A DNA stretch of 64,000 bases from positions 11,164 to 75,163 of IMG/VR virus record IMGVR_UViG_3300042914_003272; one strand, 5' to 3'. Position 1 is the first letter of the stretch. Every line of letters begins with the position of its first letter. A program made the translations under genes and the position numbers. Shown piece after piece: positions 1 to 10,170 of this stretch. The stretch is from a virus. Taxonomy: Duplodnaviria > Caudoviricetes. Under the pieces are notes generated by a model. That model did no database searches and was not told the origin of the DNA. It was given only the letters and a program-made list of their open reading frames with translations.

Positions 1-196
1 TGGTTGCCTTCATAGCATCATAGGCATCATCACAGATATCTAACTGATACAACACCTCTGTTTTCATATACTCGGAAAAAATGGTATTACAGGCTTCTTC
101 TACCTGTGCTAAGTCACCTGCGTCAATACCAACTCTTGCACCCATACCAAGGTGAAAATAGACTCTTTCTTTGTCGTTAAATGATAAAGCTACCAT
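1..196 (-). CDS. putative virion/head-completion protein (partial, runs off window start)
   Basis: Manually translated open frame from ATG at 196: MVALSFNDKERVYFHLGMG...; directly follows 200..745 in the minus-strand structural operon. Confidence 0.55.
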   Translation of the reverse strand, partial: MVALSFNDKERVYFHLGMGARVGIDAGDLAQVEEACNTIFSEYMKTEVLYQLDICDDAYDAMKAT

Positions 197-199
197 GAC

Positions 200-745
200 C
201 TACATTATTCTCCCCAAATGCCTTGCTAAATTAATAGATGCTCTTTTAATAAAATCTCTTGAAGCTTTATTTTCCCACAATTTTTCTGAAACAAAATCTC
301 CTGCTACATCACCAATCATCCCACTAATGCTAGTGGCTAAAGGATTAGAATTGCCTTCCTCGTCTTTGAATAGCTGACTGCCAATTAATTGCCCCGTCAA
401 CATACCAGCACCGCTTCCTACAGCTAAAGCACCTGCTTTGACAGGACTCATACCAGATATATTTCTGTTAACAATGTATTCAACCCCTGAGTCAATTATA
501 GGATTAACAACCCAAGTATTTAGATTGTTTAAATTTTGGATTGTTTCATTTTCAGGCATAAATTGCGCTGCTGTGGACAGTCCAAAAGAACCAATTGTTA
601 AAGGAACTGACCCTTGAATCATTCTATATTGAAAAGGATTTTTAACCTGCCATTCAGCATCTTGCAATTTGTTAAAAAACTCTACATTCTTTCTTGCGTA
701 CCCTTCAGGGTCTTGCATCATAACTCTAGCTGCTCTACCTACCAT
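200..745 (-). CDS. hypothetical Gly/Ala-rich virion-associated protein
   Basis: 181-aa ORF in structural operon with glycine-zipper-like hydrophobic segments. Confidence 0.5.
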   Translation of the reverse strand: MVGRAARVMMQDPEGYARKNVEFFNKLQDAEWQVKNPFQYRMIQGSVPLTIGSFGLSTAAQFMPENETIQNLNNLNTWVVNPIIDSGVEYIVNRNISGMSPVKAGALAVGSGAGMLTGQLIGSQLFKDEEGNSNPLATSISGMIGDVAGDFVSEKLWENKASRDFIKRASINLARHLGRIM

Positions 746-748
746 ATA

Positions 749-1294
749 TTACATCCCCATCTTATGCAAAGTGCTAGACAATAAATAAATTATTTTATCT
801 CTAAGCTGTTTTTCATATTCTTGTAGTTGATTAGCATCACAAGCACAACCAATTTCAGATAAGTAGTTACCAGCTTTACAGCAGTAATCTTTCAACACCA
901 AGGTGGCTTCCAATAACCAACTAGCAAATTCAGCACCTTCCATGGATGCTAATGGAAATGGCTTATATTTCTTTGACAATTGGCTGTTGTTGGCAGCAAA
1001 CACGCAACCAACTTGAATAGGACAAGCGCAATCTAAACCACCTATGGATTCTGCTATGGCATCAATTGAAAGTATTTCTGCCAGTGCATTACCACATCTT
1101 TCAAATAGTAAGTGGTCTTGATAAAAAACACTTCCTCTATTATTTAAATGAGCTAACAGAAAACAACCTTGAAGGAATGTAGAGTCAGCAATTAGTTGAT
1201 GATAGATTTGAATTGTAATACCAACTTTATCTACTTCTTGAGGTTGTGGTAAAGCTAATTGAGGATTAGTTTTGTAATTGGCTGATTGTTCCAT
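749..1294 (-). CDS. ferritin/Dps-like four-helix-bundle protein
   Basis: HLNNRGSVFYQDHLLFE resembles the Dps motif HWNxxGxxFxxxHxxFE; downstream D..AE.I. Confidence 0.55.
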   Translation of the reverse strand: MEQSANYKTNPQLALPQPQEVDKVGITIQIYHQLIADSTFLQGCFLLAHLNNRGSVFYQDHLLFERCGNALAEILSIDAIAESIGGLDCACPIQVGCVFAANNSQLSKKYKPFPLASMEGAEFASWLLEATLVLKDYCCKAGNYLSEIGCACDANQLQEYEKQLRDKIIYLLSSTLHKMGM

Positions 1295-1296
1295 AA

Positions 1297-1716
1297 TTAA
1301 AATACCAACACCTCTTTCAATTCATCCCAGTTAATAGCCAAATCACTGTTTAGTTCTTTAAGTTCTTCTATGTCTTGATAACCAGATGAAGGCTTGTTGG
1401 CTAGTATTTTCTTAGCTCCTGCTCTACCAATCCCAGGTAGTGACTTGTGCATTTCCGTAAAAGAAACCTGATTGATATTCACACTTTCAGGGTCAGGTAT
1501 TTCCTCATCTTTTTTACCACCTTCTAGTGAAGTGATTACAGTATCGTCATCAACTATCCGTAAGTTAGCTCCCGGTTCTCCCGGTGGAGTGGCTAATACC
1601 TGGACTTTTTTATTGCCACCATCTTCTGTGGGTTGGTTATAATAAATGTACCAACCATGGGAGAATTGTTGCCCAGGAACTAATTGCACTTCTTGTCCTT
1701 TGTAGATATATTTCAT
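1297..1716 (-). CDS. helix-hairpin-helix (ComEA/HhH_3-like) domain protein
   Basis: VNINQVSFTEMHKSLPGIGRAGAKKIL...YQDIEELKEL is a typical HhH_3 signature. Confidence 0.75.
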   Translation of the reverse strand: MKYIYKGQEVQLVPGQQFSHGWYIYYNQPTEDGGNKKVQVLATPPGEPGANLRIVDDDTVITSLEGGKKDEEIPDPESVNINQVSFTEMHKSLPGIGRAGAKKILANKPSSGYQDIEELKELNSDLAINWDELKEVLVF

Positions 1717-1717
1717 A

Positions 1718-2029
1718 TTAAACCTTTATATTATTAACTATTTCTTGTATACCTTCTTCCGCTATTTCCTTTTTCTCGTAATCCTCATCATCAAAAACAA
1801 AATCAATGAAGGCTTTATAAGCACTTGCGTTAACAGATTTTAAACAAGCCCCAAGGATTAATAGACAACTAAGATACATCTCTTTCCATTCAGTCAATCC
1901 ATAATGAATAGACTTTTTAAGAATTTCATTTAGTTCAAACCCAATACTTTCTTCGCTAAAGTTTTTAGAAAGATTGTCCAATGAAAAATTAATTATTCTA
2001 ATTGTTATTTCATCTGTAGGATTATCCAT
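1718..2029 (-). CDS. hypothetical protein
   Basis: 103-aa ORF tightly packed in operon. Confidence 0.5.
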   Translation of the reverse strand: MDNPTDEITIRIINFSLDNLSKNFSEESIGFELNEILKKSIHYGLTEWKEMYLSCLLILGACLKSVNASAYKAFIDFVFDDEDYEKKEIAEEGIQEIVNNIKV

Positions 2030-2080
2030 GATTTCCTTTTAAATAATTTATTTAAGCCCCAATAATAGGGGCATTTACTT

Positions 2081-2665
2081 TTAGTTTGTAGGTGCTAAGA
2101 AACCAAAATCTTCACGAGTACCAAATGGGTTGACAGTTATAAATCCAATCTCCACGTCAATAATGGTGTCTGTAGAAACTGTCATTGTAGATGCAGCAGC
2201 AGCAGCACCAGCACCACCATCTGTAGCAAATAGACGATAGGTAACGTTACTAGAACCAACAGTTGTAGCAGCATCAAAGTTTAATTGTTCTACAGCACCA
2301 GCAGGCACAGCAAGAATGTTAGAAGCCGCAGCAGCAGATTCTACATACAATGCCGCAGTTGCATTAGTTAAAGTAGGAGCGCACTTAATTTTTCCGGTAG
2401 CAGCACCTAAAGTAATAGCACCACGATTGATTAAACGAACTCCGGTAATCCGAGAGTTAGCATAAACCAACATTGAGTTGTTATTGGAAGTTCCACGGTG
2501 CTGGGAAGGGCGGACAATATCAACACTGGCATAACTTACACCAGCTTTAAGAGTTGCAAAACCCCTCCAGAAGCCGTAACTGTACATCCCTCTACTTACT
2601 ACAGTTTCGGTAAAAGAAGACTCTGAACTTTGTCGGTCACAAGTGTTGATTATATTTAAAGCCAT
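2081..2665 (-). CDS. putative head decoration/cement protein
   Basis: 194 aa, Ala/Thr/Gly-rich beta-type composition, GAGAGGA RBS, position downstream of major capsid gene. Confidence 0.5.
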   Translation of the reverse strand: MALNIINTCDRQSSESSFTETVVSRGMYSYGFWRGFATLKAGVSYASVDIVRPSQHRGTSNNNSMLVYANSRITGVRLINRGAITLGAATGKIKCAPTLTNATAALYVESAAAASNILAVPAGAVEQLNFDAATTVGSSNVTYRLFATDGGAGAAAAASTMTVSTDTIIDVEIGFITVNPFGTREDFGFLAPTN

Positions 2666-2686
2666 TCAACTATCCTCTCAAATAAA

Positions 2687-2713
2687 GGGGCGATTGCCCC
2701 GGTGTTGGTGAAA
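2687..2713 (+). promoter_or_regulatory. class B hairpin promoter variant driving HNH cassette
   Basis: GGGGC-GATT-GCCCC followed by GTGA exactly 10 nt after the GC-N4-GC core. Confidence 0.6.
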
Positions 2714-2813
2714 GCTAAAAGCTATAACAGCAAAACTGCTCTGGTAAACTAATAGTTAGAACTTAGTTTTCCTAGCAAAATAAACGGAGCAGTAAGCAAA
2801 GCGTCTGCAAAAT

Positions 2814-3242
2814 ATGGTTAAGAAAAAATCTGAACTGGATTTAGACTACATTCCTCCAAGGTGGAAACCTGGGGAAGCTGTAGTTCTTCTAATGAACCGA
2901 GATGGTAAAACTTATTTTGTGGGTGGTTACGAAGTTTTTAATCCCGAAAAAGAACACAGCTTATGTAAAGGGTATATGCCAATTACATTACCTTCTACTA
3001 AAAAGCCCCGTTATAGGGAATTGTTAGTAGTTAAAAAGGGTCAAAAAGGTAGACCTGTTAGAAAAAAGGAAAGTGAAGTTCTTAAATTATCCGATGTTCC
3101 TAAAGGTAAGATTTACTCATTTGAAGAACTCTTTGGCTGTGCCGGAGGAGTAACTGTTATGGCAGGGTCTTATGCTCAGTCAGAGCAGGAAGATTTAAGC
3201 CTCGGTATAGCACCTTTTGTAGAAGAAATTATTGAGGAGTGA
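2814..3242 (+). CDS. hypothetical protein (partner of HNH gene)
   Basis: 142-aa ORF inserted antisense within structural block. Confidence 0.6.
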   Translation: MVKKKSELDLDYIPPRWKPGEAVVLLMNRDGKTYFVGGYEVFNPEKEHSLCKGYMPITLPSTKKPRYRELLVVKKGQKGRPVRKKESEVLKLSDVPKGKIYSFEELFGCAGGVTVMAGSYAQSEQEDLSLGIAPFVEEIIEE

Positions 3243-3246
3243 ATCA

Positions 3247-3738
3247 ATGGTTAAAATTAGCAAACCACCAGCCGAAAGGTTTTGGGGTAAAGTTGACGTG
3301 TGTGGTGAGGATGAATGTTGGGAATGGCAAGCCAGAATTAATAATGGTGGTTACGGACAATTTAGGTTTGACCCTAACAAAGCTCATTATCCTGCACATC
3401 GTGCCTCTTGGATTTTAGCTAATGGTGAAATACCAGAAAGATTAATTGTTTGTCATAAATGTGATAACAGAAAATGTGTTAATCCTAAGCATTTATTTCT
3501 TGGCACTCACAAAGACAATATGCAAGACATGATTAAAAAGGGAAGGCAAAACTATTACCAGTTACCACCAAGAAAAGGTTCTGAGCATGGATGTTCCAAG
3601 CTTACTGAATCTCAAATATTTGAGATAAGGGAAAAGCTAAAGCAAGGACTATCCTGTTGTGCAATTGGTAGAGAATATGGAGTTTCTAATCAATTGATTA
3701 ACAGAATTAAACAGGGTGAAGCCTGGACTCACGTTTAA
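3247..3738 (+). CDS. free-standing HNH homing endonuclease (HNH_3 type) with C-terminal HTH
   Basis: RFWGKVD..CWEW..GYG..AHRASW..VCHKCDNRKCVNPKHLFLGTHKDN; GAGGAG RBS before ATG 3247. Confidence 0.9.
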   Translation: MVKISKPPAERFWGKVDVCGEDECWEWQARINNGGYGQFRFDPNKAHYPAHRASWILANGEIPERLIVCHKCDNRKCVNPKHLFLGTHKDNMQDMIKKGRQNYYQLPPRKGSEHGCSKLTESQIFEIREKLKQGLSCCAIGREYGVSNQLINRIKQGEAWTHV

Positions 3739-3740
3739 AC

Positions 3741-3771
3741 AAAAAAATTGAGGGGTTTTACCCCCTCTTTT
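3741..3771. terminator. bidirectional intrinsic terminator between HNH and capsid genes
   Basis: A7-TT-GAGGGG TTTTA CCCCCTC-T5 between convergent stops. Confidence 0.7.
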
Positions 3772-3776
3772 CTGCG

Positions 3777-3841
3777 CTAGTTAGTAAAACTTCTACAAGT
3801 AGTTACAAATCTAGCGTCTAGTAATTCCCAGCTTCCATATA
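3777..3841 (-). CDS. major capsid protein, exon 2
   Basis: After splicing reads (R-L)-YGSWELLDARFVTTCRSFTN*; completes a 393-aa protein. Confidence 0.85.
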
Positions 3842-4106
3842 CGGATGTTACCCTAAAGGCTCTTTATCCTTTAGCTCTTACAGTTAAACCACTACCTGTA
3901 AGTCCAGACTATCTCTTCAACTCAGTGAGTTGTTCGGCACTCGTGTTGGGATTATTGCTTGAGTTGCTCACCCATTAGTCGTTACACCTTCCTGGGTACT
4001 TATTACTCTTCCCCTGGCTTGGCACGGTATTTGCCATTTAAGTGGCGGCATCCACCGTTTTCACCGAATTATTGCCTACTTGTTGCCAAGTAGCGAGACA
4101 ATATTC
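3842..4106 (-). ncRNA. group I self-splicing intron (265 nt, no ORF) in major capsid gene
   Basis: 5' exon ends in U (AGA U|), intron ends in G (..AUCCG|UA UAU); P7 strands GUAACGACUAA and GAAGAGAUAGUCU; P9-like hairpins; in-frame rejoin. Confidence 0.9.
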
Positions 4107-5223
4107 ATCTCCAAATGGCTATGACAAACCGTTGAAAATCGTCGTTGTTATTAAGTAGAATTTCTGGTCCATTACCACCTAATCCAACCCCAATAGCTTC
4201 AGCCCCATAGAAGATTCCCAGTTCTCCAGTTCTAACTGCACTACCATTAGGTGCATTAGTAGTGTTAACAGAGTTGGTATAATTAAGTGTAACCTGTGCT
4301 TTAGGTAAGTTGTTAGAGGCGAAAAATCTTACGCCGTCAAAAACAAAACCCATAGGCATCATTACTTGACCCATTACATCGTTTGCCTGCCCACCGGTTA
4401 AACCAGATTGCCAAGGAGCAGCATTGAAGTTTATTTGGGGAGGAGCAAAACTACCAGCAGCACCGTTAGTCATGGCAGATGCCGGAACTAAGCTGGGGTT
4501 ACTAGCGTAGTATCGGGTAATCTCTAGGAACTTGCTATCACTTCTCAAATGTTTGATGAAGATAGCAGAACAAGCGCAGACATAGTTACCATCTTCAAAC
4601 TGTGGGCAGTTACGGGTAAACAAATCTGCTACTACGGTCTCTAAGTCATTGACATTAAATTGAGGTGGTTGTCCGTTAAATCCAAAGTCAGCTTGAGTTA
4701 GGTTGACCGTTGCACCATCGGCAATACCCCGTGGATTGTAAATAAAAGTTGTCTTCAATAACTCGTTGGTATATAGACGGTCTTCCCATTTACGGAAGTC
4801 CTGGAGAAGGTTAGAACTACCAATACTATCGTGAAACGCACGTTGCCCGTATTGCCATAGTTGGCGTTGAGCAGTCATGATGTCTTTGATAGGAATCTGA
4901 AAAGTAGATGGACTTTCAGGATTGTTTGGGTCGGCTGGTCCAGTATACTCTTCGAGAGTTAATATCACTTTATCTTTGGTGATATTCCGAGAGTTGTTTA
5001 CACCAATTACCTGAGTAGCACCCCGTTGACGTGCAGCTTTATTGAAGCCAGCTTCAGGGGTTTGCCAGAATGCGTATCTGTCTAACTGAATATTGTCACC
5101 CGGCTGCTTCATGAAATCATGTTTTACCCGTGGTCGAGTAATGTATTTCATAATGTATTTAGCATCAGGGCGATACAGTTCTTGTCCTAAAAGAATGGGA
5201 AAATCTGCATCAATAAAAGCCAT
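4107..5223 (-). CDS. major capsid protein (N4-gp56-like, HK97 fold), exon 1
   Basis: DFMKQPGDNIQLDRY E-loop-like motif, C-terminal DDFQRFVIAIW; follows portal/scaffold; 372 codons plus exon 2. Confidence 0.85.
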
Positions 5224-5327
5224 TTATTTTTTAATAACCTCATAGGAAATATAAGATTTAGATATAGTTGTTTACAGGCTTAGTCCCTTAATCGTTCCTT
5301 GCGATTAAGGGATTTATTTTTGTTTAT

Positions 5328-6878
5328 TTATCTTCTGTGGACACGATTGTGAATAATATCCATTCTGTCTCTAGCGTCACTCCTAGCTTGACTTAAGTTA
5401 CCCAATCCTCCTGTTTCTTCTATGATTTGTAAAAGACTATCATAATCTACAGTAGGAGCAATGCGGTATTCTTGGACATCATCACCAAATCGAGAATCGT
5501 AATTCCTTGAGTTGATAATTTGTTGGTTTACCTCATCTTGCATTTCTGCTATTTGAGATTCTACTTTTCTGGCATTATTGCTTGCCCAAGCTGGCAAGCT
5601 ATATTTACCTCTTCCTTCAAAGTTTCCACCAATTAATCTATTTCCCGGTGGGTCACTTGGCGGGGTATAGGGTCTATTCTGTGCATCAATAGCCCATTGA
5701 GGAAGTTTGTTTGAATTCTCTCTATTACGGTAATTCCCACCAACAAAAGTTCTTTCTGGCGTATCAACTACGCTCTTTTTTTTTTGAGCCTCCCAATATC
5801 CATCAGCTTCACCAAATACATCAAAATTGGAATGCGTATTACCTTGCTTTCGAGCCTCGTAATTAACTCTATTATCTTCTAACCATCGTATAGATGCTGT
5901 TAGCTCATCTACATCACGTGGATGGTACTTTGGCTGGAGATTTTGAAGTCTTTGCTGTTCAGCCAACTCCTGCTGTTGCCTAGCAGCCAACTCCCGTAAC
6001 CTTAAAGCCTCTTCCATCATTTCCTGTCCTGGTTCTTTAGGTGGTTGTTTTATTACCACAGTTTTCATTCCAGGTGGAGACATTGGGTTTTGTAGCTCCA
6101 TTGGGTTAAGTGGAATTACTTGAACAACTGGACGTTCAGCATTAACGTCAATTGTCATACCACCTAGACCTGGATTAGAAGGTACTGGTTTCCACCATTC
6201 AGGATGTGCAGTTTTTATCTCAGAAATTCTTTGGTTAACATAATAACTGTCTTCAGGCGTTGTGTAAAACCCACCTTCAGGGTCTGATATATCTTTAATG
6301 GCTTGAATAAAAGCACGGTCGTCTAAATCACGCCAATTAGAAGCAGGTTTAACTGATTGAGGTTGTTGTGACACTTGCGCCACTTGTGCTGTTTGTTCAT
6401 ATTTCTCTACTTCCTTGCCTACAATGTCTGACATTCTATTATGAATTGCTTTTCTGTCGTTTGTTGACCCGCTGTAATCATGCCTGGTGGTATAAAACTC
6501 TTTAAACTGGTCATCGCTCATATTGCGAAAATCAGGGTACGGAGGTTTTACGGTTTCAGCAACATCAATATCAATATCAATATCCGGCGACTGTTGGGGT
6601 TGTGACGATACACCTGCATTCATTCCACGAGCGCGAGCATCTAAATTATTGTGAACTCTATTTTTTACCCATTTGTTAAACCCATAATTACTTGCCGCCC
6701 CTATTGCTGCACCACCCAAAGCAGCAACAAAAGGGTTGATATCATTAGACTCAATTGTATTACCATATTCATCTAGTGTTGGTTTAGAGATAGCATTATA
6801 GGCTAATGCACCACCACTTCCAAGTAGTCCCATGGCGGCTGCACTACCAAGTATTCTCATTGCATCATTAGCTTGCAT
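5328..6878 (-). CDS. hypothetical virion protein with N-terminal hydrophobic/glycine-zipper segments
   Basis: 516-aa ORF, two N-terminal Gly/Ala hydrophobic stretches, Q/P-rich, duplicated GGN(Y/F)..LPxWA. Confidence 0.55.
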   Translation of the reverse strand: MQANDAMRILGSAAAMGLLGSGGALAYNAISKPTLDEYGNTIESNDINPFVAALGGAAIGAASNYGFNKWVKNRVHNNLDARARGMNAGVSSQPQQSPDIDIDIDVAETVKPPYPDFRNMSDDQFKEFYTTRHDYSGSTNDRKAIHNRMSDIVGKEVEKYEQTAQVAQVSQQPQSVKPASNWRDLDDRAFIQAIKDISDPEGGFYTTPEDSYYVNQRISEIKTAHPEWWKPVPSNPGLGGMTIDVNAERPVVQVIPLNPMELQNPMSPPGMKTVVIKQPPKEPGQEMMEEALRLRELAARQQQELAEQQRLQNLQPKYHPRDVDELTASIRWLEDNRVNYEARKQGNTHSNFDVFGEADGYWEAQKKKSVVDTPERTFVGGNYRNRENSNKLPQWAIDAQNRPYTPPSDPPGNRLIGGNFEGRGKYSLPAWASNNARKVESQIAEMQDEVNQQIINSRNYDSRFGDDVQEYRIAPTVDYDSLLQIIEETGGLGNLSQARSDARDRMDIIHNRVHRR

Positions 6879-6881
6879 TAC

Positions 6882-7421
6882 TTACGCTCCTCGTTGTTGA
6901 GACATTTGAGACATTTGAGCCATTTGAGCTTTGTAATTTAAAATCTTCTGACGTTCTTGCTCTTGCTCTATTAACCTTTGTTGACGTTGTTCTTCTTGTT
7001 GCATCAACCTTATCTGGCGAATCTTTTCTTGGTACATAGCTTGTTGAGCTATGGGGTCTTTTTCAAGATGTGCATTAAGTAATTCTGTGGGAGAAATTCT
7101 ATTCATAGGTACTTCACCATTCAGGACTCGCTGCCGATATCCTTCTTGAGTAAGTCCCATATCTGCATCAAAAACATTTGATACTCTGTCTGATAGCCAA
7201 CCACCACCCAATGCACCAATAGTTCCGGCAAGAACTCCAGGAATACCGCCTCCAAAAGTTCTATATCCAGCCAAGCCGCCAGCTAGATTCCCTGCTGTAT
7301 TTGCTGCTGTTCTTTCCCATTTCTCATCAAATCTATCTCCCTCACCGCCAATTAAGGCGTTAGCCCCATAAACTCCTGCGGGTATTAAGCCCATTGCGGC
7401 TAATTCTATTGCAGTTGCCAT
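6882..7421 (-). CDS. glycine-zipper virion protein
   Basis: GGLAG/GVLAGTIGALGGG motifs plus Q-rich coiled coil. Confidence 0.55.
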   Translation of the reverse strand: MATAIELAAMGLIPAGVYGANALIGGEGDRFDEKWERTAANTAGNLAGGLAGYRTFGGGIPGVLAGTIGALGGGWLSDRVSNVFDADMGLTQEGYRQRVLNGEVPMNRISPTELLNAHLEKDPIAQQAMYQEKIRQIRLMQQEEQRQQRLIEQEQERQKILNYKAQMAQMSQMSQQRGA

Positions 7422-7473
7422 AATTTTTCTCTCTGAATAATTTAATTAGGGAGTATTTGAACTCCCATAAAAT

Positions 7474-8394
7474 CTATACCTGAATCAAGACCTTACCTTC
7501 CCACATACCTTGACGTTCCATAGCATCAGCTACTTTCCATCGCTCTGAAGGGTGGATTTGAGATAAGTCAGGAACTCCAGGTTGAGGATTGCTAAGAACT
7601 GCTGGGAAGTCAGGTCTAACTAGTGGTGCTGCGTTAGGACGTTCTGGTAATGGTTGAACGTAAGTAAAGAAATCTACCGTATAAGCAGCTAAACTATCAG
7701 GGTCGGTCATCAAGTTCTCCATTGCTTGATAACGTTGAATGTGTGGGGCTAACGCCTGAATAGTCTCGAAAGAGCGGACGTTATAAGCCATTGACTCTTG
7801 ATAAGCTTGAGTCAATGCTTCCATTTTATCTTCAAGCTGACAAGCGTACTCGTTTAGAATTTCCGCAGCACGTGGTCCGAATTGCTGAATCAGTTCTTCA
7901 GTTGAACTGTTAGAGTAATTTCTTCTACCGGGGAAGTTATCAGTTTTTTGGCTTGGGTTTACGTTTAGTAAAAGCTTTTGAGAATGTTGGGAATAGCTGC
8001 TGCCAGATACTACCGGGTTCTCTTGCTGATACTGCGAGGTCTGGGGGTATGCCTGCTGGCGTGCTTCCGTAACCTGGTTGACTACCGAGTAAGGGTTGTT
8101 GGGGTTGTGAGTTCCTGGTAACGTCCGTGACTGTTGCCCCTGCTGAGGGAATCCCAACGGTGTACTCAGGCGGGATAGCAAGTTGTTGATTAAGTTGTCC
8201 TTCCATGAGTCCGGGTTGTTGGCTCTGTTGATTGATTCCGTTGAGGGGTAGGACTCCTGATGACTGTAAGGGGGTTGGGTAGGTTGGGACTGCTGGGGAA
8301 ATTGAACTACTTGACCTGGACTTTGTTGAGGTTGATACTCCGGTTGCATTGCCGCTGACCCCTGAGATGGGAAGTTGATTGCTGTATTGGTCAT
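7474..8394 (-). CDS. putative capsid scaffold protein
   Basis: Q/P-rich disordered N-terminus plus coiled coil; lies between portal and MCP; overlaps portal 3' end. Confidence 0.55.
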   Translation of the reverse strand: MTNTAINFPSQGSAAMQPEYQPQQSPGQVVQFPQQSQPTQPPYSHQESYPSTESINRANNPDSWKDNLINNLLSRLSTPLGFPQQGQQSRTLPGTHNPNNPYSVVNQVTEARQQAYPQTSQYQQENPVVSGSSYSQHSQKLLLNVNPSQKTDNFPGRRNYSNSSTEELIQQFGPRAAEILNEYACQLEDKMEALTQAYQESMAYNVRSFETIQALAPHIQRYQAMENLMTDPDSLAAYTVDFFTYVQPLPERPNAAPLVRPDFPAVLSNPQPGVPDLSQIHPSERWKVADAMERQGMWEGKVLIQV

Positions 8395-10138
8395 AATTTG
8401 AATATCCTGTTGAATAGTTAGGGATGTCTCCAGGTTGTACTGGAGTTAATTCAGGGTTGTAATCTAATTCCTGGTAAAGGGTTTGAATTGACCTATTTAT
8501 CAATGGGATGAGAGGTATTTCAGATGCTAAAGGAGCATTATTTTGACTGTTAGGCAGTTGTCCCATTTGTCCGTAAAGCTGAAGCATTTGCCCTGTAGAA
8601 GATGCAACTGCACTCATATATCTAAATGGGTATCCACCTTGCAACATTGCTTCTAATTCTTTTTCAGTTTTATTAGGAAATACGGTTCTTAAAGCCTCAA
8701 GACTTCTTACTCCTAATTCCTGATAGTTTCTAGCTGCAATAGTAGCTCGTTGGATATCATTTGCGTCAGGCTCAAATACTTCCCCTTTATGTCGCCATTT
8801 AACTTCTCTACTCCCGATAGGTTGTAACTGTCCTTTTACTCTTCCTACTGGAGATAAGCCAAATACATTGGGTGGGATTTTATTCTTATCAAGTAATCCT
8901 GCAATAAATTCATTAGTTATTTGCGAAATATCTGGTTGTCCAGTTTCTTTATCAAACTTATTTAAAGCTGCTGCAAGTGAGAGTCTAAATAAGTCCTCTT
9001 CTGCTGCAATTGCCATCTCGAACAGTTTGCAGATGCCGTAGGTGTATATAGCTTCGCATTTTTTGGATGCTGTTGCATTAACTCTACCGTAAACCGATTT
9101 ATTCGCGTAAGCTGTGGCGTTAGAACTAATTCCTCTTTCATCTATTCCTCCTAGAGCGTAATGGATTGCTTCTCTATTATCTTGTACATGGCGCACATGG
9201 TCAGGAGATATAGGGTCAGGTGCTATATACCCAAATCTTTCATCTCCCTGAACATTACCAATTACTTTTTTAACTTTGCCGTTTACACTCTTTCCATAGT
9301 TTGTGGGGTCTTGATTTACTGTACTAGGAGTAGAGCCATAAAAACCAGAGGCACTAGACATTGTCCTGGATTTACGTCTGTCTTCATAAGCCTCTGTAAC
9401 AACTTCTTTAATGGACCGTGTAGTAACTAAACTCGGATTACCAAAAAAGTCTAGGTTTTCATCAATAGCTAGGTGTTGGCTGTCATGTTTTTCTATTTGA
9501 GATGCTAGTTGAACAAACTCACCTACTCCGGGTTCTCCTGGTTTAGACGGATTATTTTTAGCAACAACACAAGGGATAAAACCTAAAGTATTCTTAGTGG
9601 TTTTAACATTAGTTGAAAAAATTGCCTGCTGGTCTTGTTCAAAGTTAGGAGGAGCTTCAGAATAAGTCTGTGTAATTGTTTCAGAATTAATTGTTAACTT
9701 AATCCACTTAGTTTGATTCTGATAATTTCCACGCTCTTTATAAGAATAACGGATTACGACTTCATTCAATTCACCATCAAGATTATAGTAGTCTCTAAAC
9801 TCATCTTTGTCAAAGAAATAAAATTTATAACTACCTTCTTTGGTTGGTCTAAGATAGAAAAGAACTTGACCTTTACCTAGATGTCTTTTCCAAATTTCAT
9901 CTAGGTAAATGCCAACCTTATTTTGCTTCCAGATGTTATCTAAAAACTTTTTTCTACTATCAAAATCATCGTCCTGGTCTGGGTATATTTCTATTCCTTG
10001 TCTAACCCCAAACATTATCATTTGAGCTAGGTGGTTGTGAATGACAAGAGTAGAGCCACCTACATTTTGTTTGTATTCTCTGGCATATACAGCTTCTAAT
10101 ATTTGGTTAATTGTTGCCATAATCTCGTAACCATACAT
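7940..10138 (-). CDS. portal protein
   Basis: 732 aa; NTLGFIPCV..N..G.GEF..L..QI..HD portal-like motif; position upstream of scaffold/MCP. Confidence 0.8.
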   Translation of the reverse strand: MYGYEIMATINQILEAVYAREYKQNVGGSTLVIHNHLAQMIMFGVRQGIEIYPDQDDDFDSRKKFLDNIWKQNKVGIYLDEIWKRHLGKGQVLFYLRPTKEGSYKFYFFDKDEFRDYYNLDGELNEVVIRYSYKERGNYQNQTKWIKLTINSETITQTYSEAPPNFEQDQQAIFSTNVKTTKNTLGFIPCVVAKNNPSKPGEPGVGEFVQLASQIEKHDSQHLAIDENLDFFGNPSLVTTRSIKEVVTEAYEDRRKSRTMSSASGFYGSTPSTVNQDPTNYGKSVNGKVKKVIGNVQGDERFGYIAPDPISPDHVRHVQDNREAIHYALGGIDERGISSNATAYANKSVYGRVNATASKKCEAIYTYGICKLFEMAIAAEEDLFRLSLAAALNKFDKETGQPDISQITNEFIAGLLDKNKIPPNVFGLSPVGRVKGQLQPIGSREVKWRHKGEVFEPDANDIQRATIAARNYQELGVRSLEALRTVFPNKTEKELEAMLQGGYPFRYMSAVASSTGQMLQLYGQMGQLPNSQNNAPLASEIPLIPLINRSIQTLYQELDYNPELTPVQPGDIPNYSTGYSNYDQYSNQLPISGVSGNATGVSTSTKSRSSSSISPAVPTYPTPLQSSGVLPLNGINQQSQQPGLMEGQLNQQLAIPPEYTVGIPSAGATVTDVTRNSQPQQPLLGSQPGYGSTPAGIPPDLAVSAREPGSIWQQLFPTFSKAFTKRKPKPKN

Positions 10139-10170
10139 TTGTTTTCTTTAGATTGTAATAGGTTTTTGTT

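Noticed and set aside
3750-3767. GAGGGGTTTTACCCCCTC and other GGG-N5-CCC palindromes as HetR boxes
   Set aside because: They resemble the hetP HetR site, but position and A/T tails explain this one as a terminator, and most class A copies lack GGG-N5-CCC
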